DNA of 63,651 nt, the filler included, from Deltaproteobacteria bacterium (GTDB lineage: Bacteria; JAUYMQ01), in NCBI GenBank assembly GCA_030698575.1. It is 13 parts of 13 records of this genome, joined end to end, with 100 filler letters (N's around TTAATTAATTAA, not from the genome) between each part and the next. Parts side by side here need not be neighbours in the genome. Positions count along the whole stretch, not along the records: positions 19,803 to 22,727 come from JAUYMQ010000062.1; positions 22,828 to 25,772 come from JAUYMQ010000066.1; positions 25,873 to 29,093 come from JAUYMQ010000068.1; positions 29,194 to 33,362 come from JAUYMQ010000101.1; 9 more parts are not named here. One strand, written 5' to 3'. The notes below the pieces were generated by a model, which saw nothing but the letters and a program-made list of their open reading frames with translations, searched no databases and was not told the origin of the DNA. This document shows, one piece after another, positions 22,655 to 32,041 of the stretch. Every line of letters starts with the position of its first letter. Positions within the stretch are counted from its first letter, which is position 1. Made by a program: the position numbers and the translations under genes.

Positions 22655-22828
22655 CGCGGAAAATTCGACTGCGCTTCATTCACCAGCGACAACAGAAACC
22701 ACGTCGCCTCGTCCCATCCCCCGCTATNNNNNNNNNNNNNNNNNNNNNNNNNNNNNNNNNNNNNNNNNNNNTTAATTAATTAANNNNNNNNNNNNNNNNN
22801 NNNNNNNNNNNNNNNNNNNNNNNNNNNG

Positions 22829-23713
22829 ACCCGCATCTCGCCCGAGGCCCCGGTACCCGTGGTGCGCCTCGAGCGGGAAAGCCTGTCGCTCGGGGGGGCG
22901 GGCAACGTCGCCCGGAACATTGTCGCCCTGGGGGGGCGGGCCGTCCCGGTCACGATTCACGGTGACGACGCGGAAGGCGAACAGGTGCGTGCCCTGTGTC
23001 GTTCCGCCGGGATCGCGACGGAGGGCCTGATCGAGGCGCCGGGGCGGCCGACGACGGTGAAGACGCGGGTGGTGGCCCACCAGCAGCACGTGGTGCGGGT
23101 TGACCGGGAAGAAGACAGACCACCGGGACAAGATGTAGCGCGGCGGATGCGCGAGTGCGCCCTGGAGATGCTGGGCGGCGCGGCGGCAGTCATCGTTTCG
23201 GACTACGATAAAGGGGCGCTCTCCGCCGAATTGTTGGGCCAGCTGCTTCCCGAGGCGAAACGCCGCGGACTTCCGGTGGTCATCGATCCAAAGCTGAGGC
23301 TCTTCGAGCACTACCGTCCAGCCACGGTGATCACGCCCAACGCCCGGGAAGCGATGCAGGCGGCCGCCATGCCAGCCCGGAGCGACGCGGAGTTCGAGAC
23401 CCTCGGACGATCCCTGCTCCAGCGTCTCGGGTGCGCGTACCTCCTCCTGACCCGCGGAGAGCGGGGGATGCTGCTCGTCTCCTCGGGTGCTCCGTCGCTG
23501 GCGATCCCGACGGTCGCGCGGGAGGTATTCGACGTGACGGGGGCGGGTGATACCGTGGTGGCGACCCTGGCTTTGGCGCTTGCCACGGGGGCGACGGTGG
23601 CCGAAGGGGCGATCCTCGCCAACCAGGCGGCGGGAGTGGTGGTCGGAAAGCTGGGTACGGCGTCCGTCAGTCGCGAGGAGCTTATCGACTCGCTCGCCGG
23701 GGCGCCGGGCTGA
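22829..23713 (+). CDS. rfaE1: D-glycero-beta-D-manno-heptose-7-phosphate kinase (HldE/RfaE domain I), 5'-truncated
   Basis: RISPEAPVPV, GGAGNVA, SDYDKG, TPNARE, DVTGAGDT. Confidence 0.93.
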   Translation, partial: TRISPEAPVPVVRLERESLSLGGAGNVARNIVALGGRAVPVTIHGDDAEGEQVRALCRSAGIATEGLIEAPGRPTTVKTRVVAHQQHVVRVDREEDRPPGQDVARRMRECALEMLGGAAAVIVSDYDKGALSAELLGQLLPEAKRRGLPVVIDPKLRLFEHYRPATVITPNAREAMQAAAMPARSDAEFETLGRSLLQRLGCAYLLLTRGERGMLLVSSGAPSLAIPTVAREVFDVTGAGDTVVATLALALATGATVAEGAILANQAAGVVVGKLGTASVSREELIDSLAGAPG

Positions 23714-24445
23714 TCACGTCAGCGAGGCGCCTTTGGTGACCACCCCGAGCGTCATCAGGGCCCAGAGCAGCCGGCAGATATCGAAATCCTTCATGCTCGA
23801 TTGCCGGCAAAGCTCTCCCAGCGGCACCGGTCGGTCGCAGTGCGACAGCAAGGTCCACTCCTCGAGGGACAGCTTGAGGTCCTCGGCGCGGTTCTCTGTA
23901 CCCCCGGTCATCTGATAGGTGGCATCCAGCCCGCCGACAGCCTCCCAAATCCGATCCCAGCTCTCGATCCGCCGGATCCCCTCGAGGATGATGTCGGCCG
24001 AGCTTAATTTCAGGGTGATGACCTCCTCGGAGGGAAGGGGTCCGGCGGTATAGCGGTAGCGGCCCCGGGTCCATTGGAACAGGCTGCAGATGATGTTGCG
24101 AACCTGGGATCGCACCCCCTCGACGAGATCGTGAGGCTCGATCAGGCCCAACTCGACAAGGACCGTCCCAAGCCTCTGCCGGACCCGGATGGAGCGCTCC
24201 AGAGAGGAAGTAAGCCCCTCGAGCGACACCTGACCGGCTCGGAAGAAGATCTGGCCGAGACGGTCGTCGCGGTCGTTGGAGGCGGCGAAGACCGGCCGGC
24301 CTTTCTGGATGTAGACCGACTTCTCCAAGGTCTCGCCGCTCAGGGTGAGGACCCCCGTTTGACGTTGTCGCATGATGGAATAGATGAGACCCGGGAGGGT
24401 TGTGCTGGAAAGGACACCTTCGCGGACCTTGTCAGCGGTTAGCAT
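23714..24445 (-). CDS. DUF4388 domain protein
   Basis: TGVLTL, G.PVFAASN..DRLGQ, RLGTVLVE, LFQWTRG, IILEGIRR; C-terminal wHTH-like region. Confidence 0.8.
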   Translation of the reverse strand: MLTADKVREGVLSSTTLPGLIYSIMRQRQTGVLTLSGETLEKSVYIQKGRPVFAASNDRDDRLGQIFFRAGQVSLEGLTSSLERSIRVRQRLGTVLVELGLIEPHDLVEGVRSQVRNIICSLFQWTRGRYRYTAGPLPSEEVITLKLSSADIILEGIRRIESWDRIWEAVGGLDATYQMTGGTENRAEDLKLSLEEWTLLSHCDRPVPLGELCRQSSMKDFDICRLLWALMTLGVVTKGASLT

Positions 24446-24584
24446 AGAGCCTCGACCGTCTGGAAGTTATTGGCGAATCTGGCCTTTGTCAAGCGCGGGA
24501 CCGGCCCTCCAAGGTTGGCATGGGACGTAACTAATGCCCGAACCCCCTGCTGCAGACACACCGCAAATCGATTACAATCTTTTC

Positions 24585-24613
24585 TTGACCGAAGTTTCAC
24601 TTCATTACACCAT
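24585..24613 (+). promoter_or_regulatory. Putative sigma70 promoter with palindromic spacer
   Basis: TTGACC-17 nt-CACCAT in an AT-rich divergent intergenic region; the spacer contains GAAGT-TTC-ACTTC. Confidence 0.35.
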
Positions 24614-24777
24614 TGCAGCAGCAGCATTTTTCGGGTACTTTCTGAGGACGCAGAACATAGCCGAAGGTGGTTCGACACCGGTAGGTTCCAGACGGACGCG
24701 GAGGCTGTTACCCGATCACCCTCGAACCAGGGCGACTTCGTGGCGCACGCGACACTCAAGATTGGGGGATCCGAACG

Positions 24778-25772
24778 ATGGAACAGGAGCTTCGAGGTAG
24801 CGCGCGACTGGGCAACTACCTTCGACGCCTCAGGATCGGCTACGGCATGTCACTCCGACGCGTCGAAGACAAGGCCAAGACGGACGGCGGGGAGATCGAC
24901 AATTCTCAGTTGTCTCGCTACGAGCGAGGCAGGTGCTATCCCTCCTTTGACAAACTCTGCCTGCTGGCAAATATCTTCAACGTTCCAATACAGAACTTTT
25001 CCGACCTGCTCGATCTCGAGCGTGTGGAAGCCTTTGAACCCGAGCCCGCGGCGTCCTACGAAACCCTGAAGGCCGAGGCATCCCGCGAGTGGGATCAGGG
25101 GAATTTCGCGCGCGCGTACGCCATCTATGAAACGGCCCTGGCCCGCCTGGAACAGGGGCTCGAGGGTGAGGTCGATCCGGACTCCCTGGCCCGCGCCCGC
25201 TACAACCTGGCGCGCGCCCTGCTGCGCATGGGCAAGATCAGCCTGGCGGAAACGGAGTTGCGGGTCATTCTGAGGAAACATCGTGAGCTTCGGCCGGACA
25301 CTCAAGCGCTGGTCCTGCTCTGCCTGGCCGCGGCGCATGACGAGAGAGGAGACAAGTATCTGGCCCTGCTCGAGGCGGAACGCTCCCTCGCGCTGGCGCG
25401 CGAGGTCGGCAACGAGGAGTACGCCGGATACGCCCTGCACTGCATGGCGCGCACCTGTTTTGTGCAGGGCGATTATTCCAGAGCGATGCAGTATTTCCGT
25501 GAAGCACGGACCAGCCTGGAGCCGACTTCCAGCCCGCATGACCTCACGTTGTTGCGCATCAACATCGGCTTCTGTAACGCCATGGTCGGGCGCGTGGAGC
25601 GGGGCGTCAGAGAACTCAAGGAGGCCCTGCAGGCCGCAACGAAGGCGGGATTCAGGCGCTGCACCGCCTATGCTCTGATGTACCTCGGGCAGATCAGCCA
25701 GACCCAGGGCGACGAGACGAAGGCGCGCGACTACTTTGAAGAGTCCGAGTTGATGGCGCACGGCGGTGAGGA
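24778..25772 (+). CDS. XRE-HTH plus TPR transcriptional regulator, 3'-truncated
   Basis: LGNYLRRLR...SQLSRYERG.CYPS HTH followed by several TPR-like helical repeats. Confidence 0.82.
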
Positions 25773-26213
25773 NNNNNNNNNNNNNNNNNNNNNNNNNNNN
25801 NNNNNNNNNNNNNNNNTTAATTAATTAANNNNNNNNNNNNNNNNNNNNNNNNNNNNNNNNNNNNNNNNNNNNTATTGACCCGGCAACATCGGTAAGTGGA
25901 CCGGCCGGATCAGCGCTGATGACGCCTCGCCGCGCAGGCACGATGGCGTTCACCGCGCCCTTGAGAAGCCGATCAGGGCGCGACGGCGCCGGACTCGGGC
26001 GGGGCGGGGCCGGGGCTCGGCCCTGAAGGGGGGGGATCCCTAGGTGCGCGCACTGCTCTTCACCCCTGTGCCGCGGTCGCCGGCGCACGATCGTAGCTGA
26101 TGACGGGCCCGGCTGGGGGATCACCGATGCGCTCCGCGCCGTTCTCGCCGCCCGCCACCCTGCCGTCGGTGCCCGCCGGCCCCGGCCCGGGCTGACAATG
26201 GCCTTTAAGTCGC

Positions 26214-26474
26214 CTACGCGCGCACTTTCAGCAGTTCGGCATAGGCCTTCGCCTGCGCTTCGGTTTCGGTGGGATTGATGGCGGCTTTTTTGGCCTCGAC
26301 GACGGCGAGCGCCCGGTCATGCCGGTCGCAGAGAACGTAATCGGCCTTCGTCCGGCCGGGAAGGACGTATTCGAAACGGACGGCGTTCGGATTGAGAACA
26401 TCCCAGCCCTGATCTTTGAGCTGGGCGTCGATGTTGACGCGGGAGAAGGCTTCGTTGGTGCTTGTCATGGTCAT
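26214..26474 (-). pseudogene. hsdR: N-terminal remnant of type I restriction endonuclease subunit R
   Basis: NEAFSRVNID.QL..QGW, ADYVL, VVEAK, QAKAYA; stops after 86 aa. Confidence 0.8.
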
Positions 26475-26561
26475 ATCTGAGTAGCGCGGCAGGTCAGCAA
26501 CTGCCCAGGTTTTCCTGCGAAGCGCTGGGCAACGGCCCTCCTTTCTTCCGCTGTCTCCCTC

Positions 26562-27998
26562 CTAATACTTGGTACGCACATAAGTGCCGATGCGCCCGGG
26601 GCACTCATAGCCTCGGGGATGCTTGTGCGGGTTCAACGAACCGTCCATCGATTTCCGCTCGAATGTCTTGCGGCAAACAGTACAGCGGTAAACGTAGCCC
26701 GGACTGGTGCCCCGTGATGGCGCCGCGCGGCGCGGCCGTGGGGATGTCCACGAACCCGAGGATTCTCTTCCTCCGGTACTCGGCCGTGACGCTGCCGGGG
26801 CAACGGGCAGCGGACCTTCCGACGTGAGTTCCACGAGATAGCGTGGCGCGAACGACTGCCCGGTGACTGATGCGCCCTGCATGCGATCAACGCGGTACGA
26901 GCGGTGCTCACCGGAATCGCTGCGAATCGCGTGCAGCACGAAATTCCCCTCGGCCGTCTGCCGAAGCGAATAGGGCTCGATGCGGCGCACGTTGCCGTCA
27001 TAGGTCAGATCGACGCAGAGTTGGTTCGCCGCAGCGAAGCGGATGATTTCGAGCGGCGCACGCGCCCGGAGCGGAACGCCCATTGGCAACACACGGCTGC
27101 GAATGGCGATGTCGGCCGACGCAGGCTCGATGCGAGCGCGCTGCGGCGCTTCCACCCCGCCCACAATCCAGGCAAAGATGTCCGGCAACGCGGCCCAGAA
27201 ATCCGCCACAGGTGGCAGCATGGGAAGCTGGTGACCAAGCATGTTCGCCCACATCGCTTCGAGATCAGCGCGATGCGGCTGGAGCGCTTCAAACGTCGGC
27301 AATGCGATGCCCTTGTAGGCGCATTTCTGCGCAAGGACATCGCGCAGCACCGCGGGCGACGGGCGGCTGTCGCCGTGACGATAGAGATTCACAACGTCGT
27401 AGAGATCGCGGGGACGAGTCCGCTCGCCAAGCGCGCGAACCTTCTCCCCGAAGGCTTCTTCGTAGGCGTAGCTGTTGATCCAGAGTCCGTCTTTAGGACG
27501 GTCGGAATACGGATGGAAAACCTCGCGCCGCACGGCGGGCAGCACGAGTTTTTCGTCCGCCGTGAGATCGAGCTTGATTTTCGGCCACCCGCCCGCGCCT
27601 GACGTGGGCGATACCGGCCCGCGACAGCCGATCCTGCCCTGACAGGAGAGGCGACCGCGCGGGTTCTGGTAGAAGTCGAAGCCCAGTTGTTCGGCAGGGA
27701 CAGCGAGGCCGGATTCCTCCGCGACCCAGGTGACGACCTCGCCGAGCACGCGCCGCAGAAAGCCCTCCTCAAGCTGGCGCTCGTCGCGCAGCGTGAAGTC
27801 AAGGTCTTCGGAAAATCTATACGTCTCGAAGTAGCATTTCTTGAGGCAGGTGCCACCCTTGAACACCCAGGCGTCGGCAAGATCGGGATGGGCGTTGATT
27901 CCGGCAAGCAACCAGCCGAGGACGTAATCCTTCTCGACAATACTGGGCAGCAGGCCGAGCGCGGAGGCCGTTTCTAGGATTTCGCGCTTGTCGATCAT
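26562..27998 (-). CDS. AbiEii nucleotidyltransferase toxin fused to a WYL-like domain and C-terminal zinc finger
   Basis: VEKDY, FKGGT, RFSEDLDF, EKVRAL, RPRDLYD; then RRIEPY...RSYRVDRM; then CTVC...H.H...C. Confidence 0.88.
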   Translation of the reverse strand: MIDKREILETASALGLLPSIVEKDYVLGWLLAGINAHPDLADAWVFKGGTCLKKCYFETYRFSEDLDFTLRDERQLEEGFLRRVLGEVVTWVAEESGLAVPAEQLGFDFYQNPRGRLSCQGRIGCRGPVSPTSGAGGWPKIKLDLTADEKLVLPAVRREVFHPYSDRPKDGLWINSYAYEEAFGEKVRALGERTRPRDLYDVVNLYRHGDSRPSPAVLRDVLAQKCAYKGIALPTFEALQPHRADLEAMWANMLGHQLPMLPPVADFWAALPDIFAWIVGGVEAPQRARIEPASADIAIRSRVLPMGVPLRARAPLEIIRFAAANQLCVDLTYDGNVRRIEPYSLRQTAEGNFVLHAIRSDSGEHRSYRVDRMQGASVTGQSFAPRYLVELTSEGPLPVAPAASRPSTGGRESSGSWTSPRPRRAAPSRGTSPGYVYRCTVCRKTFERKSMDGSLNPHKHPRGYECPGRIGTYVRTKY

Positions 27999-28798
27999 GT
28001 GGTGCGTTGCTTCCAGCGCTCCGGCACCCAGAGCCGCCATGCGGTGACCAGATGCCTGCACGAGAGTGCGGGATCAAGCCGGGTGTAGCCCTGCGTCAGC
28101 CGCTCGCGGCAGGCGGCGGCGAGTTCCGGGCTTTGCAGGCGTGTTTCGGCCAGAAAGCCAAGCCGCTTGAATATCGCGCCGTTCCCGAATTGCTCTGCGT
28201 TGCGGATCAAAAGTCCGCCGTCATAGGTCGGTGTTTTCTGGTATGCGGCGAGGCAATCGGCGACGTGATCGATGCCGCCGCCGGTGTCGGGCATCGCCAG
28301 CATGTCGATCAGGGTGCGCGCCGGGTCCGAGATATTCACGCGCGTTGTGCCGCGCCAGACGGGTTTGAGGCCGAAGAGTCGCTTCTTCGCAGCGTGATGC
28401 AGCAGGAAGACAACGCCCTGTGCTGTGGCGCGTTTCGCGCTGATTCGGCGCGTCGTGAAGACGACTGTTTCATTGAAGAGCTGTTCGGTCAGCTCCCAAT
28501 GGTGAGCGGCAGTCCATCCGCCGATATAGCATTGACCAAAGAGCGTCGGAACCAACACCCACGGGTCTCCGACAACCTGCTCGCTACCGGAGAGATCGAG
28601 CGGCACGGGGACATACAGTCCGTGCCCGATGCGCCGCAGCCAGCCTTGCTTGCGCCAGCGCGATAACAGCTTCGCGGCGGCAGTCCGGTCCAGGTCGAGC
28701 GTCTGCGCAGCGGCGTCGATCGACACCACCTCCTTGGTGGCGCGCAGCACGGCGGCGAGCCGGGCACGCGAGGCTGGCAGGGGTGTTTCGCTTCCCAT
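27995..28798 (-). CDS. AbiEi-family type IV antitoxin
   Basis: wHTH GWLRRIGHGLY, YIGGWTAAHHWELTEQ, SDPARTLID; ATGA coupling to toxin. Confidence 0.88.
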   Translation of the reverse strand: MGSETPLPASRARLAAVLRATKEVVSIDAAAQTLDLDRTAAAKLLSRWRKQGWLRRIGHGLYVPVPLDLSGSEQVVGDPWVLVPTLFGQCYIGGWTAAHHWELTEQLFNETVVFTTRRISAKRATAQGVVFLLHHAAKKRLFGLKPVWRGTTRVNISDPARTLIDMLAMPDTGGGIDHVADCLAAYQKTPTYDGGLLIRNAEQFGNGAIFKRLGFLAETRLQSPELAAACRERLTQGYTRLDPALSCRHLVTAWRLWVPERWKQRTT

Positions 28799-28813
28799 TA
28801 GGGCTACACCATA

Positions 28814-28850
28814 ACACGTAAAATTCGCATATTTCAGGAATTTGACGCGT
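28814..28850. promoter_or_regulatory. Putative AbiEi operator (imperfect inverted repeat)
   Basis: ACACGTAAAATTC-11 nt-GAATTTGACGCGT (11/13 match) just upstream of the antitoxin start. Confidence 0.55.
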
Positions 28851-28981
28851 GACGATATAGCCCCGGGCCAAGCCGGGATTGCCAAGGGTGCCCTTGGCTC
28901 GATGGGGACGGGGGAGAGCCGAAGCCTCCCCGGTCGCAATCCAACCGCGATGAGGTTGGCGCGCATCCAATCCGCGCAGGG

Positions 28982-29093
28982 TTGGCCGATGGAGTTCCTG
29001 ACGCCGCGGCCCGAGGTGCACGTGCTCCTCTACCACGGGGTCCTGGCGCCGCATGCCCGCTGGCGCCCGCAGGTCGTAGGCTTTGGCAGGTCG
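28982..29093 (+). mobile_element. IS91-family (Y2) transposase remnant
   Basis: Translates as PMEFLTPRPEVHVLLYHGVLAPHARWR, matching the YHGVLAP catalytic region; no intact upstream CDS. Confidence 0.65.
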
Positions 29094-29246
29094 NNNNNNN
29101 NNNNNNNNNNNNNNNNNNNNNNNNNNNNNNNNNNNNNTTAATTAATTAANNNNNNNNNNNNNNNNNNNNNNNNNNNNNNNNNNNNNNNNNNNNGCGGCGC
29201 CGTCGCCCTCGGGCGCCCCCAAAACCGGCGCGAGCGGGAGGGGCGC

Positions 29247-30587
29247 ATGAGCGCGCGAGCCCCGTGGACGCTCTGGTTCATCGCCTCCGCCGCGATCAGT
29301 CTGCCATTGGTTGCCGGCTGCGCTTCGCCGGGGCCCGCCGTCCAGGGGGGCGGCTACGTCATCCAGGGCGCGAGCAGGGTGCCGGCCAACATGCCTGACA
29401 GCGTGCCCGTGCCGGGCGCCCTGCCCTTGCCCGGCGGCGTTCCCAGGCCCACGGGTCCCCCGCCCCGCTACGGCAGCACCGCGCCCACCTGGGGACCGGG
29501 CTACACGCCGCCGCCCGCTCCCGCGCCTGCCTACCCGCCGCAGGCTAGGGGTTACCCGCCGCAGGCCCCGCGATACCCATCGACACCAGGGGCCTCGCCC
29601 GGCGCCGTCACAACGGCAACGCCTCCGGCGGCCTACCCGCCCCCGGCGGCCGGCATCGGTTCACCGGCGCCAAGCTATCCGAGTACAACCTACGGAGGCA
29701 GCCAGCGTTACGGGGGCGGCATCGCCCCCGCGCCGTACACACCCCCGGGCGTGTTCGCGCCGATCCAGCCGGGCCTCACCCCGGGTCCGCGGCCGCTGCC
29801 CGCCCAGCGCCCGCTCGGCGAGAAGGAGCTGGCGCTCGACAGCGACGGCGACGGCGCGCCCGACACCTGGTTCACCGTCACCGAGGGGCGGATCACGCGG
29901 GTCACCCGCGACAGCGACCACGACGGAAAGTCGGACTTCACCTCCAGCTTCTCCCGCGAAGAGGGGCTCCCCACCTCCGAGGTCCAGTATCGCGGCGACA
30001 CCGGCCAGGTGGCCGAAAAGACGGAGTTCGACGCCGGGGTGAAGCGCAAGCGCGAGGCCGACGACAACGGCGACGGCCAGTCGGATCACTGGTGGTACTA
30101 TCTCGGCGGCGATCTTTCGAAGGAGGCCTGGGACCGCGACGCGGACGGGAAGATCGATGAGGCCCGGCATTACAGGAAGGGCCAGGTGGCCCGCGTGGAG
30201 TACGACGAGGACCGGGACGGCAAGTTCGAGAGAAGCGACTTCATGAAGGGCGACCGGATAATGCGGTCGGAGATCCTGGATCAGGATGGTATCCTGACGC
30301 GCGTTTATGACGAGCAGGGGGCGCGCGTGGTCCGCGAAGAGCGTGACGGCGACGGGGACGGCCAGGTAGAGCTCGTCACCGTGCTCGCATCTTCGGGCGG
30401 CAAGGTGCGCGAGGATCGGGATCTGAACGGCGACGGCCGCGCGGATGTTTCGGCTTACTACGAGGGCGGCAAGGTCGTCCGCCGTGAGATTAGCGGAGCG
30501 TACCTGCGCGCCCAGAAAACACCCGACAGCGCCGCGCCCAGCGTCGACGTCGAGAAGCGGGATTTCAGGAAGCTGTCCGGCAGCTGA
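29247..30587 (+). CDS. Lipoprotein with Pro-rich linker and DxDGDG-repeat C-terminal domain
   Basis: Lipobox VAGC, long P/Y/A-rich tract, about 7 DxDxDG-type motifs. Confidence 0.8.
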   Translation: MSARAPWTLWFIASAAISLPLVAGCASPGPAVQGGGYVIQGASRVPANMPDSVPVPGALPLPGGVPRPTGPPPRYGSTAPTWGPGYTPPPAPAPAYPPQARGYPPQAPRYPSTPGASPGAVTTATPPAAYPPPAAGIGSPAPSYPSTTYGGSQRYGGGIAPAPYTPPGVFAPIQPGLTPGPRPLPAQRPLGEKELALDSDGDGAPDTWFTVTEGRITRVTRDSDHDGKSDFTSSFSREEGLPTSEVQYRGDTGQVAEKTEFDAGVKRKREADDNGDGQSDHWWYYLGGDLSKEAWDRDADGKIDEARHYRKGQVARVEYDEDRDGKFERSDFMKGDRIMRSEILDQDGILTRVYDEQGARVVREERDGDGDGQVELVTVLASSGGKVREDRDLNGDGRADVSAYYEGGKVVRREISGAYLRAQKTPDSAAPSVDVEKRDFRKLSGS

Positions 30588-30642
30588 GGGCGCCCCCGCG
30601 CATCGGGTTCCGCGCGTAAACGTCAAGGAGGAAGGTGTGAAG

Positions 30643-31572
30643 ATGCTCATCGAGATTCAACCGGGACGCCGCTTCGCCGGCTTGTGGCTGGCGGCGCTCG
30701 TGCTCGCCGCGTCGCTCGCCATGGGGGGCGCGGCATTCGCACAGCCGGGGGCGCAGCAAGCCGCCCCGCAGGGCCAGGCGGCCGAGGTGGCGGTGGCGCC
30801 GGGCTTCCCGGCAACATCCGAGGGGATTCAACTGCCCGGCGAGGAAGGGGAGGAAGCACCCGCGCAGACGGTCTTCGGGCTCTTCCGCAAGGGCGGGATC
30901 ACCATGTATTTCATCCTGCTCGTGTCGATCCTGGCGCTGGCCATCGTGTTCGAGCGCGTCTGGAACCTGCGCGAGAGCAAGATCATCTCCACCGGATTTC
31001 TCGAAGAGATCAAACGGCACTGGTACCGGCGGGCTACCGACGCGGCAATCGAGGTGTGCCAGTCCCACGACAGCGCTATTAGCCGGGTGCTGCGTGCCGG
31101 ACTCCTGCGATTCGATCTGGGGCTCGAGCAGGTCGAGAACGCCATCGAGACGGCGGGCCAGCACGAGGCCACGCTTCTCCGGAAGAACCTCATGTTCCTC
31201 GGCTTCCTGGCGAACGTGGCGCCCATGCTGGGGCTTTTCGGGACCGTGCTCGGCATGATCAAGAGCTTCGACGCGATCGCCCTCTATGGCACGTCGGGCA
31301 ATCCGGGCCTCGTGGCGTCGGGCATCTCGGAGGCGCTCATCACGACGGCCTACGGCCTCATGGTTGGCATCCCCACGCTCGCCGCGTACTTCTACCTGAA
31401 GCGCAAGGTCGAGATGCGCGTTCTCGAGATGGAAGAGATCGCCGTGAACCTCATGCAGGATCTCGCGCAGTGGCGCGGCGAGCCCGTCGCGAATACCGGG
31501 CGCGCGGCCGGCGGCGCCCGACACGAGGTCGCCGGCGGAGACATGACGCCGAAGGCGGGCGTGGTCGACTAG
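30643..31572 (+). CDS. MotA/TolQ/ExbB proton channel protein
   Basis: APMLGLFGTVLGMI, GISEALITTAYGL; AAGGAGG upstream (in-frame GTG 30637 also possible). Confidence 0.92.
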   Translation: MLIEIQPGRRFAGLWLAALVLAASLAMGGAAFAQPGAQQAAPQGQAAEVAVAPGFPATSEGIQLPGEEGEEAPAQTVFGLFRKGGITMYFILLVSILALAIVFERVWNLRESKIISTGFLEEIKRHWYRRATDAAIEVCQSHDSAISRVLRAGLLRFDLGLEQVENAIETAGQHEATLLRKNLMFLGFLANVAPMLGLFGTVLGMIKSFDAIALYGTSGNPGLVASGISEALITTAYGLMVGIPTLAAYFYLKRKVEMRVLEMEEIAVNLMQDLAQWRGEPVANTGRAAGGARHEVAGGDMTPKAGVVD

Positions 31573-31613
31573 AACCGGCATCGGTTCTCAAGCAAATCTC
31601 CAGGGAGACTCCC

Positions 31614-32015
31614 ATGCGTTTCCAGCAGGGCGGCGATGACGACGACGCCAGCATCCAGCTCACCTCGCTCATTGACGTGGTGTTCCTGCTGCTGATCTTC
31701 TTCATGCTGACGACGACCTTCGCCGACTTCACGCGGCGGCTCGACATCGAGCTGCCCGAGGCAAGGGCGGCGGCCACGGAAGAGAAGCAGCTGAAGTACA
31801 CGATTGAGCTGGACGAGAACGCCCAGATCGCGCTGAACGGCGAGGTCGTCACGCTCGAGGAACTCGATCGCACGCTCCACCAGGACACCGAGGCGGGCAA
31901 GGTCAAGGGCGCCGTGCTGCGCGCCGACCGCCGTATCGATCACGGCAACGTCGTCCGCGTCCTCGGCATCGTGCGCGATGCCGGCATCGAAGAGGTGGGA
32001 ATCGCGGTTCGCTGA
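31614..32015 (+). CDS. ExbD/TolR family protein
   Basis: LTSLIDVVFLLLIFFM, LRADR; GGGAG before ATG 31614. Confidence 0.92.
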   Translation: MRFQQGGDDDDASIQLTSLIDVVFLLLIFFMLTTTFADFTRRLDIELPEARAAATEEKQLKYTIELDENAQIALNGEVVTLEELDRTLHQDTEAGKVKGAVLRADRRIDHGNVVRVLGIVRDAGIEEVGIAVR

Positions 32016-32041
32016 GGCCGTCCGGAACCCATCCGGAATCC

